From contig NC_135891.1 of assembly GCF_964194155.1 (NCBI RefSeq), positions 103,788,001 to 103,852,000 on the forward strand: 64,000 bases of DNA, given 5' to 3'. This stretch comes from Cetorhinus maximus (taxonomy: Eukaryota). The notes beneath the pieces were generated by a model. The model saw nothing but the letters and a program-made list of their open reading frames with translations. It was not told the origin of the DNA and did no database searches. The translations under genes were made by a program, and so were the position numbers. Position 1 is the first letter of the stretch. Every line of letters begins with the position of its first letter. Shown one piece after another: positions 53,423 to 64,000 of the stretch.

Positions 53423-54229
53423 CAAAAAGAACATCAAAATCCTTTCTATAAAGCCTTAACTTTAGACGAAGGAGGATAACAGGACAGTTTGGACTGAACT
53501 ACTTTACGTAGAGGGTGCTGGATAGAACAGGCTGTGAATAAAGGCGTGAGAACTAATCATATCAAAACAAATTCAAGAGAGTTGTGAAACATTTGAGACA
53601 TCATGTAGTGGACAGCACGGGCTTCCCTTTGCTAAACATTTGAGAGAGGAGAATGCGCGATATTGTGGGGTATAATATTTCTAATTTGTTACATGAACCC
53701 ATTGTACATAAACATAAGGTTGGCTTATATTGATTCCTTCCATTTCCACCCCACTGTGCTTCACAGCTCCTCTCCATCTTGTTGGGTGGATTGTTGGGAT
53801 TTTAATAAAGGTCCAAGGTAGACTTCAAGCTAACTCTCATCCTCCAGTCTCAATGACTTCTGCATCCACTCCAGATGTAACATGCAAATTGAGGCACTAT
53901 CGCTGCCTTGATATATTTCAGTAACATGAGGTGTGCGCAGTTGATAATGTTAAAGGGAAGTTTCCATTCAAGGCCTAGTTGTTTTTTAAAAATCCACTGA
54001 CTATCTGAAGCCACATCACTCAGCTTGTGATGAGTCACAAGTCCTGAGCTCTCAGACCAACGTCTGAACAACAGGAAACCTGCAGGGAGTTTCAGATTGA
54101 ATCTGTTTGAAATGTTCAGCGATTATGAGACTGTTTAGACATTGCTTTTACTCCGTGTAAGGTGGCTTCTCATTTGGCAGTGTTTCCCAGGCTCTGAACC
54201 TGTGGAACAAAACCATTTGGGTGTCAGCC

Positions 54230-54505
54230 ATTGCTCCTTTGATAATAACCTGAGTTCTGGGTCAGAAGTTTGTGGGTTCAAGTCCCATAACAGAGGTTTG
54301 AGCACAAAATCTAGGCTGACACTCCAGTGCAGCACTGAGGGAGTGCTGCACTATTGGAGGAGCTGTCTTTCAGATGAGACATTAAACCCAGAACCCAATC
54401 CTGCGCTTTCAGATGGATATAAAACATCCCACTGCACTATTCAAAGAAGAGCGCCGGAGTTTTACACAATGTTTCGGTCAATATTTACCCCTCAACCAAC
54501 ATTTG
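54230..54505 (+). mobile_element. Deu-domain tRNA-SINE, 5' part
   Basis: GGTTCAAGTCCC..CTAGGCTGACACTCCAGTGCAGCACTGAGGGAGTGCTGCAC. Confidence 0.8.
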
Positions 54506-55409
54506 GTTAAACAGGTGGGTTTTAGGGGGATGATGGTGGAGAGGCAGTGGGATTTAAAGAAGGAATTTGAATGCGTGGGACCTAGACAGCTGGGGCCTAA
54601 TTGTCTATGCTGACAGAATAGACAATAGCAGAAGGGTAGCCAGCACACATGAACTCCACCCCAAAGTCAGGCACCTAATGAGAGGAAGGAGAATTTTTAA
54701 AACTGTATTCTAAAGTTACAAAAGTTCACTTCCTCTGGTTGCAGATTAAAACGAACTCCTGCGGATGACTCAGGCTGGTACATAAAGTCTCTGCTCACTT
54801 TACCACATGGGCTACCTTAGGATCTGATGTAGGCATCAGATATCCATGCTTATACTATCGGAATGATGCCCTGCATGAACCATGGAGCAGGATCCAAACT
54901 GAATCCAGTTGATAGAGTTAATGGTGAGACTGCGCTGACTGAAGTGTGCCATTGAAGTGAATGTTGACTGCCCTGCAGTGTCTAAGGCTCACTTAATGCG
55001 CAAGAGGCTGCCTTTGGATTATTTGTTCTGGCACTATCTCAGCTCCAGCAGTGTGCTCTCCAAACCACAAGGGGGACCACCCACAAATATTGATACATCC
55101 CAGGGGGAACTGTGTGTCCTCACCCCCTAAAACAGGACTCGTTACCCAAAGAAAATAGTGCAATCATTGGAGAATTTTTCTTTTAAACTTCAGCAACAGA
55201 AACATTGAGCCTAGTAAATTCATAAGGTAGAGAAATGTGGAAACAGATGGACAGGACCTCATCTTGTAGCAGACACTATGGGCTTTCCTTGTGGTTTCTC
55301 AAGTTTGAAAACTTCTGAGATAAAATGCAGTTCACGATTCAATTACAATTTTTGCTCTGTCACCAAGTCTTTAGAAGCTCACTGTCCTATGGAACCATTG
55401 ATAACTGGG

Positions 55410-55895
55410 ACCTGCCTGGATGAGTGCAGCTCCAACAACAGTCAAGAAACTTGACACCATCCAGGACAAAGCAGCCCCGCTTGACTGGCATCCCTTCCAC
55501 AAACATTCACTCCCTCCACACAGTAGCAGCAGTGTGTGTACCATCTACAAGATGCACTGCAGCAATTCACCAAGGCTCCTTTGACAGCGCCTTCCAAACC
55601 CGTGACCTTTACCACCTAGAAGGACAAGGGCAGCAGATGCATGGGAACACCACCACCTGCAAGTTCACCTCCAAACCACACACCGTCCCGACTTGGAAAT
55701 ATATCGTCATTCCTTCACTGTCGCTGAGTCAAAATCCCGGAATTCCCGCCCTAACAGCACTGTGGGTGTACCTACATCACATGGACTGCAGGGGTTCAAG
55801 AAGGTGGTTCACCACCACCTTCTCAAGGCCGTTAGGGATGGGCAGTAAATGCTGGCCTCACCGGTGATGCCTACATCCCGTGAAAGAATTTTTAA
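55410..55895 (+). mobile_element. 3' fragment of the 17055-18945 LINE family
   Basis: Reverse complement of about 17060-17500. Tail GGGCAGTAAATGCTGGCC. Confidence 0.88.
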
Positions 55896-56119
55896 AAAAT
55901 CTAATTTAATAGTGGTGGTAAAACCATGAGCAGTATACCATTGATCTGTTTGAATTCAGTGTTCAGTGCGCTAACCTCCTCACTTACTTTCTAGTCTCCT
56001 CCGGGTGACTTCTTGTTCGAGTGCAACTCTACAAGCACAAGTGCCCTGTGGAACAGCACCTACGTAGCCATTATTCATGCATGAGCCTTGACATTAAGGT
56101 TTTCAACTGCCATTGGTCT

Positions 56120-57040
56120 GGGGTACAGTCGGCCACATAGCACAGAATCTTCTGTTCAGCGAGCAGGGAGGGGGGGGTGGGGGGGTGGGGGGATGGGGCC
56201 ACTTGCCGACAGGCCGGGAGCCCTGGCGGGCTTCTGATAATATATGAAACCTCATCCACGGGCGGGGTGAGGGTCCATGAGGGTATTAAAAGTTTTATAA
56301 AACATTTAAAATAAAAGAAATTGACATGTCCCAGCTCATGTGACAGTGGCACATGAGTGGACATGTCAGTCATTTTTTTCCCCTTCTTTACTGAACCTTT
56401 CTAACCTGAGCCGATCTCCCTGAGGCAGCACTTAGCCTCAGGGAGATGAGTGCACTCTTTCGTGTGTATGCATGAAAGAGCATACTCGTGGCTTAGGGAA
56501 TCCCCCCCACTCCCCCACCATCCGCACAGGGAGCTGGGGGACGTCACACTGGGTGGGCCTTAATTAGCCCGCCCATGTAAAATGGCGGCGCGCCCCTGAC
56601 TGGGGGCGCCGATCAGGAACCTGCCTGCTCCTGCACATCCCCCACCCTGACAGGGGCAAGGTCCTGCCCATAGTGGTTATGTTCCTGGACTTGTAATCCA
56701 GCAGACTTAGATTAATGATCCCAAAATATGAGTATAAATCCCACCATGACAGCTGTGGAATTTAAATTCAGTTGATTCACTAACTCTGGAATAAAAATCT
56801 AGTATCAGTAATGGTGAGCATGAAGCTACCAGACTGCTGTAAAAACCCATCTGGTTCAGTAATGTCCTTCAGGGAAGAAAATCTGCCATTCTTACCTGGT
56901 CTGGCCTGTATGTGACTCCAGACCCACACCAATGTGATTCGCTATTAACTGCCCTCTGAAATGGCCTAGGAAGCCATTATTGAAGAAGCGATGGGCAATA
57001 AATGCTGGCCTTGCTGCATTCTGTGAATGATTTTTTAAAA
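56120..57040 (+). mobile_element. tRNA-derived SINE (third family) with a MITE inserted in its head
   Basis: Body AAAACCCATCTGGTTCAGTAATGTCC..TGTGACTCCAGACCCAC matches 63720-63990. Tail GGGCAATAAATGCTGGCC. Confidence 0.8.
56140..56669 (+). mobile_element. Harbinger-like MITE, TSD ATA
   Basis: ATA|GCACAGAATC ... GTCCTGCCC|ATA. Internal hairpins as in other copies. Confidence 0.8.
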
Positions 57041-57649
57041 AATCACAATTGAGCCTAATCCTGTCCTGTAATATAACACACACACACACTTCTAGTAGGA
57101 GGTCACTGGATGATGATCAGAAGCAGAAATCTTGTTTGATTGTTCTATCCTTGACCTGTGAGTACTGATGTCATTTGTAGCACCCCTACCACAACCTCAC
57201 TGAGATAAGCTAACAGGGGGACCACCTGAATGAAATTTAAAACTTTCCTGTCTGTAGCTGTTCACTGGGGGAACCTTCTGTGCCATGAACGGGGGCTGTA
57301 TGCAACTTTTTAAAGAACTTCTTGAAATATTTTCTCCTCGCCACCCCTCCTATTTTTAGCTCCTAGAACAGCCTGTTGGCTGTATTGTATGTTTTATATC
57401 ACAGAGCTATGAAGAGATGACACACCAGTTTATATATCTATAACAGGAACTTTTTCACAGTGCTTTAAAATGTCTACTCTCGTATGCCTCCACCAGCTTC
57501 CAACAGGTAGCTTCCAGCTTTGTTTACTTGTGAGTCCACACCCAGGATCAAGCACAGTGAGCATCAATAGTAAACAGACTCCCATAGTCAAACAGAACAA
57601 TTGAACACTACAGGCTACTATTCAGTTCGTAAGCAGACTGCCCCCACAG

Positions 57650-58412
57650 AATATAGGAACATAAGACTTAGGAGCAGGATTAGGTCAGTTGGCCCTTTGA
57701 GCCTGCACTGCCATTCAATAAGATCATGGCTGATTTAGTAGTGGTCTCAACTCCACATTCCTGTCTGCCCCACATAACCCTTGACTCCCTTGACTATCAA
57801 AAATCTGTCTAATCTAACTCTGCCTTGAATAAATTCAATGACCCAGTTTCTACTGCTCTCTGGGGAAGAAAATTCCACAGACTAACGACCCTTTGAGAGA
57901 AAAAAAATTCTCCTCATCTCAGTCTTAAAAGGGAGACTTCTTATCCTTAAACTGTGCCCCCTAGTTCTAGCCTCCCCAACAAGTGGAAACAACCTCCCAG
58001 TATCCACCCTGTCAAGTCCCCTCAGGATCTTTTCAATAGGAACACCTCTCATTCTTCTAAACTCCAATGGGTATAGGCCCAACCTGTTCAACCTTTCTTC
58101 ATCAGATAAGCCCTTCATCCCAGGAATGAGTCGAGTGAACCTTCTCTGTACTGCTTCTAACACAATTATATCTTGTTTCAAACGAGGAGACCAAGATTGT
58201 ACACAGTATTCCAGATGTGGTCTCACCAAGACCCTGTACTGGAACAGTAAAACTTCCCTACTTTCATATTCCATTCCCCTTGCAATAAGCGCCAGCATTC
58301 CATTTGCCTTCCTAATCACTTGCTGTACCTGCATGCTAACTTTTTGTAATTCATTTACCAGGACACCCAGATCCCTCTGTTCCGCCGAGTTCTGCAATCT
58401 CTCTCCATTTCG
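57650..58412 (-). mobile_element. CR1 LINE 3' fragment
   Basis: ORF 57882..58421 QRDLGVLV..LVRPHLEYCVQSWSP..LEAVQRRFTRLIPGM. Confidence 0.95.
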
Positions 58413-60224
58413 ATCATGCAAGTCTGATGTTTGATCCCCAGTCTGTGCTGATATAGCTGATCTCAGCCAGGGAGCCAGTAATCATCTCAATGTCACTGCA
58501 CCAGGGAGGACAAAATGGCTCTCACTCCAGATTGCTTTCCTGCTGTAAAAAGTCTGGATGTTTAAGGGGGAAGAGGGTGAAGAGAAAAATCTCCGCTGTG
58601 ATAAAATCTCAGCTGTGATACTCAACACTCCACCAACACTCGATATGTGCACAGGGTCGTGAATAATGGCCATCTTGGCCTGGTACCAGAGAACTACTGA
58701 CTCCCCTGAAATTGTTTCTGGTTGGCATTTTTTGGGAGAAGGAAGAAGGAAATTTAAGGGGGAAGCAGGGAACATATGAAGACTTTGCAGCATCAATCAG
58801 CCATATGATGATGTCATTATATTTTTATATACTCTTTCAGATGGGGTAAGGTATCCCCACATAACATGAAGCACCCTTTAAAACAGCATGAGACAGATGA
58901 GTTTTCATTGCTGGATTGCACGATCTGAAAATTGCAGTAACATGTCCACAATTAGGAATAAGAAGCCGGCAGCATCGACCTTCCTCTGGCCTTATATTTA
59001 CACCATTGTTTCATATCAGTTGGAAACCTCTCCACTGTCAAATTGGTCTAAGATGGTCCTCTGGACACCAAACATTTCTCTCCAAGCAACAGGAGTATGT
59101 AGAGTGTCATTTATTCTCCATGCCTGCATTCAGGATTCCCAAGGTGGCAGGTGGTTCAGGCTCTTGTCTCATCAACACCGCAGTGCAAGTGACGCTACAA
59201 CGTCGACTGATGCTTAGCAGAAGGGTTGACGACCAAAGCTCACAAAATAATGGACATGTTGTGGGTTAGGGATAAAAGGTTGATCTCTTCCTACACATGC
59301 CATTCCTCTAAATCAAACACCTACGTTTCTCAGCATCCTGCCTGAATCCAATTTAAATGCAGTTCTGTAGTGATCCGGACATGACAAACAAGTGTTTATA
59401 TAAGAATCAGGCTGGATTTCCAACTGAGTGATAGATAATGAATTTGTCTAGAAAAAGTTGGACTTCACATGCCAATAGGGTGAACAAATATTGACAGAAG
59501 CTCATGTGGTCTAATAAAAACCATGTCGTTTATGCACATAAACTGGAGTTTTGTTCATTCTCTGAAGTCTTTCGTTAAGTCACAAGTTTAAAAGTTCAAA
59601 GTACTTTGTATTAATTTTCTTTTACCATCCACTTCTCCTGAAGTTGCTGACTCATGTTTAGGGTAAATGGGATGCAGCATTCCTTTAGTACATCACACTG
59701 TGACCTTTCTTCGTACATGAGCTCATACAGGAAGCGTTGGATGGCTAGTTGACTGTGGAAGACATCGCAGCTGAGTCCAATCCTGCATTAACCCAGTGTC
59801 TACACTTTCCAGAATAGTCCCAAGATAGCAGTCGGGAGCTGGGACCCTGACTGATTATCTTCCTCTCCCTAGTCTAGTGAGTTAAGGTTGAACATAATAT
59901 TCCTATCACCACTCTCGCTAAGATCCACTAACTCAACATAGACGCTGGATTGAATCTAGGAGCTCCATGTTTTGTATGGATCAGTTCCATATGAAACATT
60001 ACAACAGTACTCACCAATGGTGCCCTATATTTTAAACCTTCCTGATACATGCAAGTCAAAATAGTTATCTCAGAAGTTCCTTTCGTGGAATTTGCCTACT
60101 AATTACATGAACTCATTCTGGTTTCAAAACCAGCCACAAACAGAAAGAAAACCAACATGGATTCTTTCAGGATTTCCCAGGTCACAAATTCTCACAAATC
60201 TTCTGGGAGGCAGTAGGTGTCAAA

Positions 60225-60325
60225 TGAGAACAAAAGCAAAAATACCTGGAAAAAATTCAGCAGGTCTGACAGCATCTGCGGAGAGGAACACAGTCAACGT
60301 TTTGAGTCCGAATGACTCGTCAAAT
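60225..60325 (-). mobile_element. Penelope-like terminal fragment
   Basis: CAGCAGGTCTGACAGCATCTGCGGAGAGGAACACAGTCAACGTTTTGAGTCC. Confidence 0.8.
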
Positions 60326-60392
60326 GGGTCTGATTTAAGTGCAATGGTGGATGTTTTAATTGGATTCTCCAAATGCCAACTCCAAGAGGAAT

Positions 60393-61700
60393 TTAAGAAC
60401 AGGATTAAGCCATTTGGCCCCTCGAGCATGTTCTGCCACTTAATGACATCGTGGCTGATCTGCAGCTTAACGCCGTGTATCTGCCTTTGTCCCTTAATAC
60501 CTTTGGCTATCAATGTCAGATTTAAAATTAATAATTGATCTAACATTGATTGCTGTTTGCGAAAGAGAGTTCCAAATTTAAATTCTACCATTTACGTGAA
60601 GAAGTGTTTGCTAATTTTGCTTCTGAAAAGTCTGGCTCTAATTTTTTGACTATGTCCCTTAGTCTTAAACTGTCCAACGGGCAGAAATGATTTGCCTCTA
60701 TCTACCCTATCCATTCCCCTTAATACCTTGAAAACTTTGATCAAACCGTGCTTTCTTAATTCCAAGGAATACAACCCTAGTTTGTTTAATGTCTCCTCGA
60801 GGTTTAACCCTTAGAGTTCAGGTACCATTCGAGGGTTGCCAACTCTGGCTGGACATATTCCGGGAGACACTGCGGAAATTACATCACACAAAGCTGGCAT
60901 GAGCAGGTTCTAAGGAAATGCGAGAGAGGAAAACAAGTCAACTTTAATTTGGCAAATGGGATAAATTTGCAGGGAGGGTGAATAATAATTAAAGTTTAGA
61001 GGGAAAAAAGGTTTTAAGGGGATCTTAAGGGGCTTGATGCAAGATCTGACGCCATGGCTTCTAACAGGGAAATTAAAAACTGCTGAAACTGAGGAGAAAA
61101 TAATTTTATTTCTCTCCCTCCATCTCCGTGTTTTTAATGAAATGAAGTGATCTGAAAATCCCTTGGGCTCGCGCCCATCGCACACGGACTAATGCTCCTT
61201 GCTCATGCCCGATCCCTCAATGAAATTCAAACGCCATCAATCCCATCGCAGTCCGCTAAAATCCCACCCAATTGGAGTCCTCCTGGCTTCTTTTTTGGTT
61301 TAAGGTTGGAATTTGATTGGGTGGCGCTGCACCAGATGTCATGTCACCGTGCGGCAATGCCTCACAATGGGAGTTGTAGTTTCTTCCCCTTCTTGGTGGT
61401 TGCTGATGATGAATTATGGGACTGATTTGTTTAAAATATCGATTTAAAATCTCATAGATTGCTTTCTTCGGCCAGCAGGAGATTGATGCTGATTCCAATA
61501 GATTCCCGGCCATTCCAGTAGGGTTGGTAACCCTATATCATTCTAATAAATTTACACTGTGCTCCCTCCAACACCAGTATATCTTTCCTAAGCTCTGATG
61601 CCCAGGACTGTTCACAGTACTCCATTGTTGTCTAACTAGTTTTTTCTAGACCTGAAGCATGGTTCTTCGTAAAAGCATGTTCTTGGACAGCTCTTTGTAC
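60393..61700 (-). mobile_element. CR1 3' fragment split by a hAT element
   Basis: ORF 60592..60774 LIKVFKVLRGMDRVDRGK..TKGHSQKIRAR. Sequence continues after 61543. Confidence 0.8.
60831..61535. mobile_element. Non-autonomous hAT transposon (705 bp)
   Basis: TIRs AGGGTTGCCAACTCT and reverse-complement AGGGTTACCAACCCT. 8-bp TSD TACCATTC (60823-60830) / TATCATTC (61536-61543). Confidence 0.85.
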
Positions 61701-62760
61701 TGTAAGACCAACAGGTTTCAACCAGACCAAAGAGTGTCTTTCACACAGTTGATGGCTCTCCTGCTGCAGTTGATGTTTGTCTCGGCATTTGTCCCTGAGA
61801 ACAACGTGTCGATCAGAGTCCTGCGTCATGGAGCTACTTGGGATGAACCTCGACAAAAGCCACTCCATCTCTTTCCTAATCTTCTTTGTAAAGGCACATC
61901 CCAGAAGGAGGTGGGCGAAGGTTTTATCCTCGCCTCAGCTGCCTGAAGGACAATGTGTGGAGGCATTGTGACTCCGGGCATGTAGGAAGGATCCACCCCA
62001 GAGGGTTCTTCTCATCACCAGCCAAGCTATGTCCTGGTGCTGGTTTGAAAGTTCTGGCGATGCGGTATTCTGCCAAATGACTTTGCTAGGCTGCTCAGGG
62101 AATCATCTGACAGGATCCACCATTTTCTTTTCCTACAGGGCCTCAAGGTCATTGTGTGCAGACCACTGCCTGGTGGACTTACAGTGAAAAGTGTTTTTCT
62201 GCACAAACCTTTCCACAAGGGACAGGTGGAATGGCCCAGTCCAACTGAATGGAGTGTTCAGCAGCAACGTGGCCGGACCCATCCTTCACAACTCCGGGGA
62301 TTGAACCTCAGCACATAGTGACACTTGGAGAAGAATTTTCCCGTCGGCGAGCGGGGCACGCTCACCGACGCGTAAAATGATGCGCGGTGACGTCGGGCAG
62401 GCGGGAATGCTCAGCGCTTCCGGGCAAGCGTCGCGCTGGGCGGGCCTTAATTGGCTGGCCCGCGTAAAATGGTGGCACGTCCCCGACCGGGAATGCCGAT
62501 CGGGTTCGTGCTCGCCCCCACCTGCCCCTGCACAACCCCCGCCCCCTAATAGGGGGAAATTTCTGGCCTTGGTTTTTGCGTACTGAGGGTTTACACACAG
62601 CTTGATGCAGCTGCACACAAAGGTGGCCACCAGGATGAGGACAACATTGGGGATGTTTCTCGCCATTTTATCTAGAGAGTTGTACATGGTGTCCCTGTGG
62701 ACATAGTCCATTTTTGACATTTTAATGACCCCTAATACTGCAGTGTAAATGAGTAACCCC
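61680..62760 (-). mobile_element. Tx1-clade LINE fragment (frameshifted) containing a MITE
   Basis: Minus-strand WLLSRFIPSSSMTQDS followed by a shifted-frame TNINC..AIN.VKD.LWS motif of Tx1 ORF2 C-termini. Confidence 0.65.
62328..62568 (+). mobile_element. Short internally deleted Harbinger-like MITE, TSD TTG
   Basis: TTG|GAGAAGAATTTT ... AAATTTCTGGCC|TTG. CpG-rich. Confidence 0.82.
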
Positions 62761-63199
62761 AAACTACCAGTGGCTTTGAGCCAAGATGAACCTTTGTCAG
62801 AGTAGAGAACCTGGTAATACAGAAACTTAGCCCTTTCAGAAGTGTGTGTTATACCTGAGCAACTGTGCAGACACTGCAGAGCAAGCAGTGTCCTGATTTG
62901 AAGCTGCTGTTTACACTGTGCGATTTAATTACCTGCATCACATCACAAATCAGCAGCACCTTTGCCGAGACAAACTAAGCCCGAGGTTTGGATACATATT
63001 GACTGGAGGAGCACACTGAGGGATGATTTCGACTGAATAATTCAAGCTAAAGCTTGTGTCAGAATTTGCAAACCTTTCTCACAACACAACTTCGAAAGTT
63101 GTGCGGAATTTTCTGGATTGTTCAGAAACAGAGACAAAAGGACAGATTCGCTCGGCAACGGTCGTGGGAATGTCGTCATATTTAAAGTTGTCTTTAATT

Positions 63200-63428
63200 T
63201 AAAAGCAAAAAACTGCGGATGCCGGAAATCCAAAACAAAAACAAAAATACCTGGAAAAACTCAACAGGTCTGACAGCATCTGCGGAGAGAAACACAGTTA
63301 ACATTTCGAGTCCGTATGACTCTTCAACAGAACTGTTGAAGAGTCATACGGACTCAAAACGTTAACTGTATTTCTCTCCGCAGATGCTGTCAGACCTGTT
63401 GAGTTTTTCCAGGTATTTTTGTTTTTGT
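63200..63428. mobile_element. Inverted duplication of a Penelope-like terminus (long palindrome)
   Basis: Arms 63235-63330 and 63333-63428 are reverse complements with 3 mismatches and a 2-nt spacer. Confidence 0.9.
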
Positions 63429-63719
63429 CTTTAAAGTTGTGTTGGTCAATTGAGTTGTCTCACATATTTAGAAAGACTATTGTTCTGTTTAAAAGTCTCC
63501 TGGCCAAGGCAAGCTATTGAGGGATCTGTGGAATTTTTAAATACTCATTTGTGGGATGTGAGCATCACTGGCTAGGCCAGCATTTATTGCCCATCCCTAA
63601 TTGCCCTTGTTCAGAAGGCATTTAAGAGTCAACCACATTGCTCTTGTCAACTTGCTGTTAATTGTCTGGGTTTAGCTAAGTGGCTGTGTCCCGATGGGCA
63701 GTCGGTGTGCACCTCATAT

Positions 63720-63990
63720 GGGGAGGCAGTGGCATAGTGGTATTGTCACTGGACTGGTAATCCAGGGTAATCTGGGACCGAGGTTCGAATCCACTATGGC
63801 ACATGGTGGAATTTGAATTCAATAAAAAACCTAGAATTAAAAGTCTGATGATGATCATTGTCGATTGTCACAAAAACCCATCTGGTTCACTAATGTCCCT
63901 TTCGGGAAAAATCTGACATCCCTACCTGGTCTGGACTGGCCTACATGTGACTCCAGGCCCACAGCCATGTGGTTGACTCTTAAATGCCTG
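63720..63990 (+). mobile_element. tRNA-derived SINE (third family)
   Basis: A-box TGGCATAGTGG (63730-63740) and B-box GGTTCGAATCC (63782-63792). Body matches 56670-56960. Confidence 0.85.
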
Positions 63991-64000
63991 GAACCTATAC

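Noticed and set aside
58888-59269. Two overlapping plus-strand ORFs over 100 aa in unique DNA
   Set aside because: No recognisable motif, no convincing splice boundaries, and composition resembles random translation.

Overview
Repeat-dense vertebrate genomic DNA, almost certainly from a cartilaginous fish (shark-like). This is inferred from its repeat repertoire: Deu-domain tRNA-SINEs resembling dogfish SacSINE1, many CR1 LINE 3' fragments, and L2, RTE, Tx1 and Penelope-like elements. I recognise no confident host protein-coding gene, rRNA, true tRNA or CRISPR array. Every long ORF with recognisable homology comes from a transposon (CR1/L2-group RT, RTE RT, Penelope GIY-YIG, a pogo DD35D transposase relic). 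The window is most likely intronic or intergenic. Most notable items: (1) a multi-copy GC-rich MITE family with 3-bp TSDs, built from a string of hairpins that show compensatory changes between copies; (2) Penelope termini carrying a non-canonical hammerhead core (CUGUUGA), including a 96-bp-arm palindrome; (3) an LTR followed by a tandem array of tRNA-Pro PBS-like units; (4) a Passer-like DD35D pogo element; (5) a speculative phase-compatible four-exon minus-strand chain starting in a CpG-retaining island. Boundaries of old repeats are approximate (tens of bp). All family assignments are by eye, with no database search.
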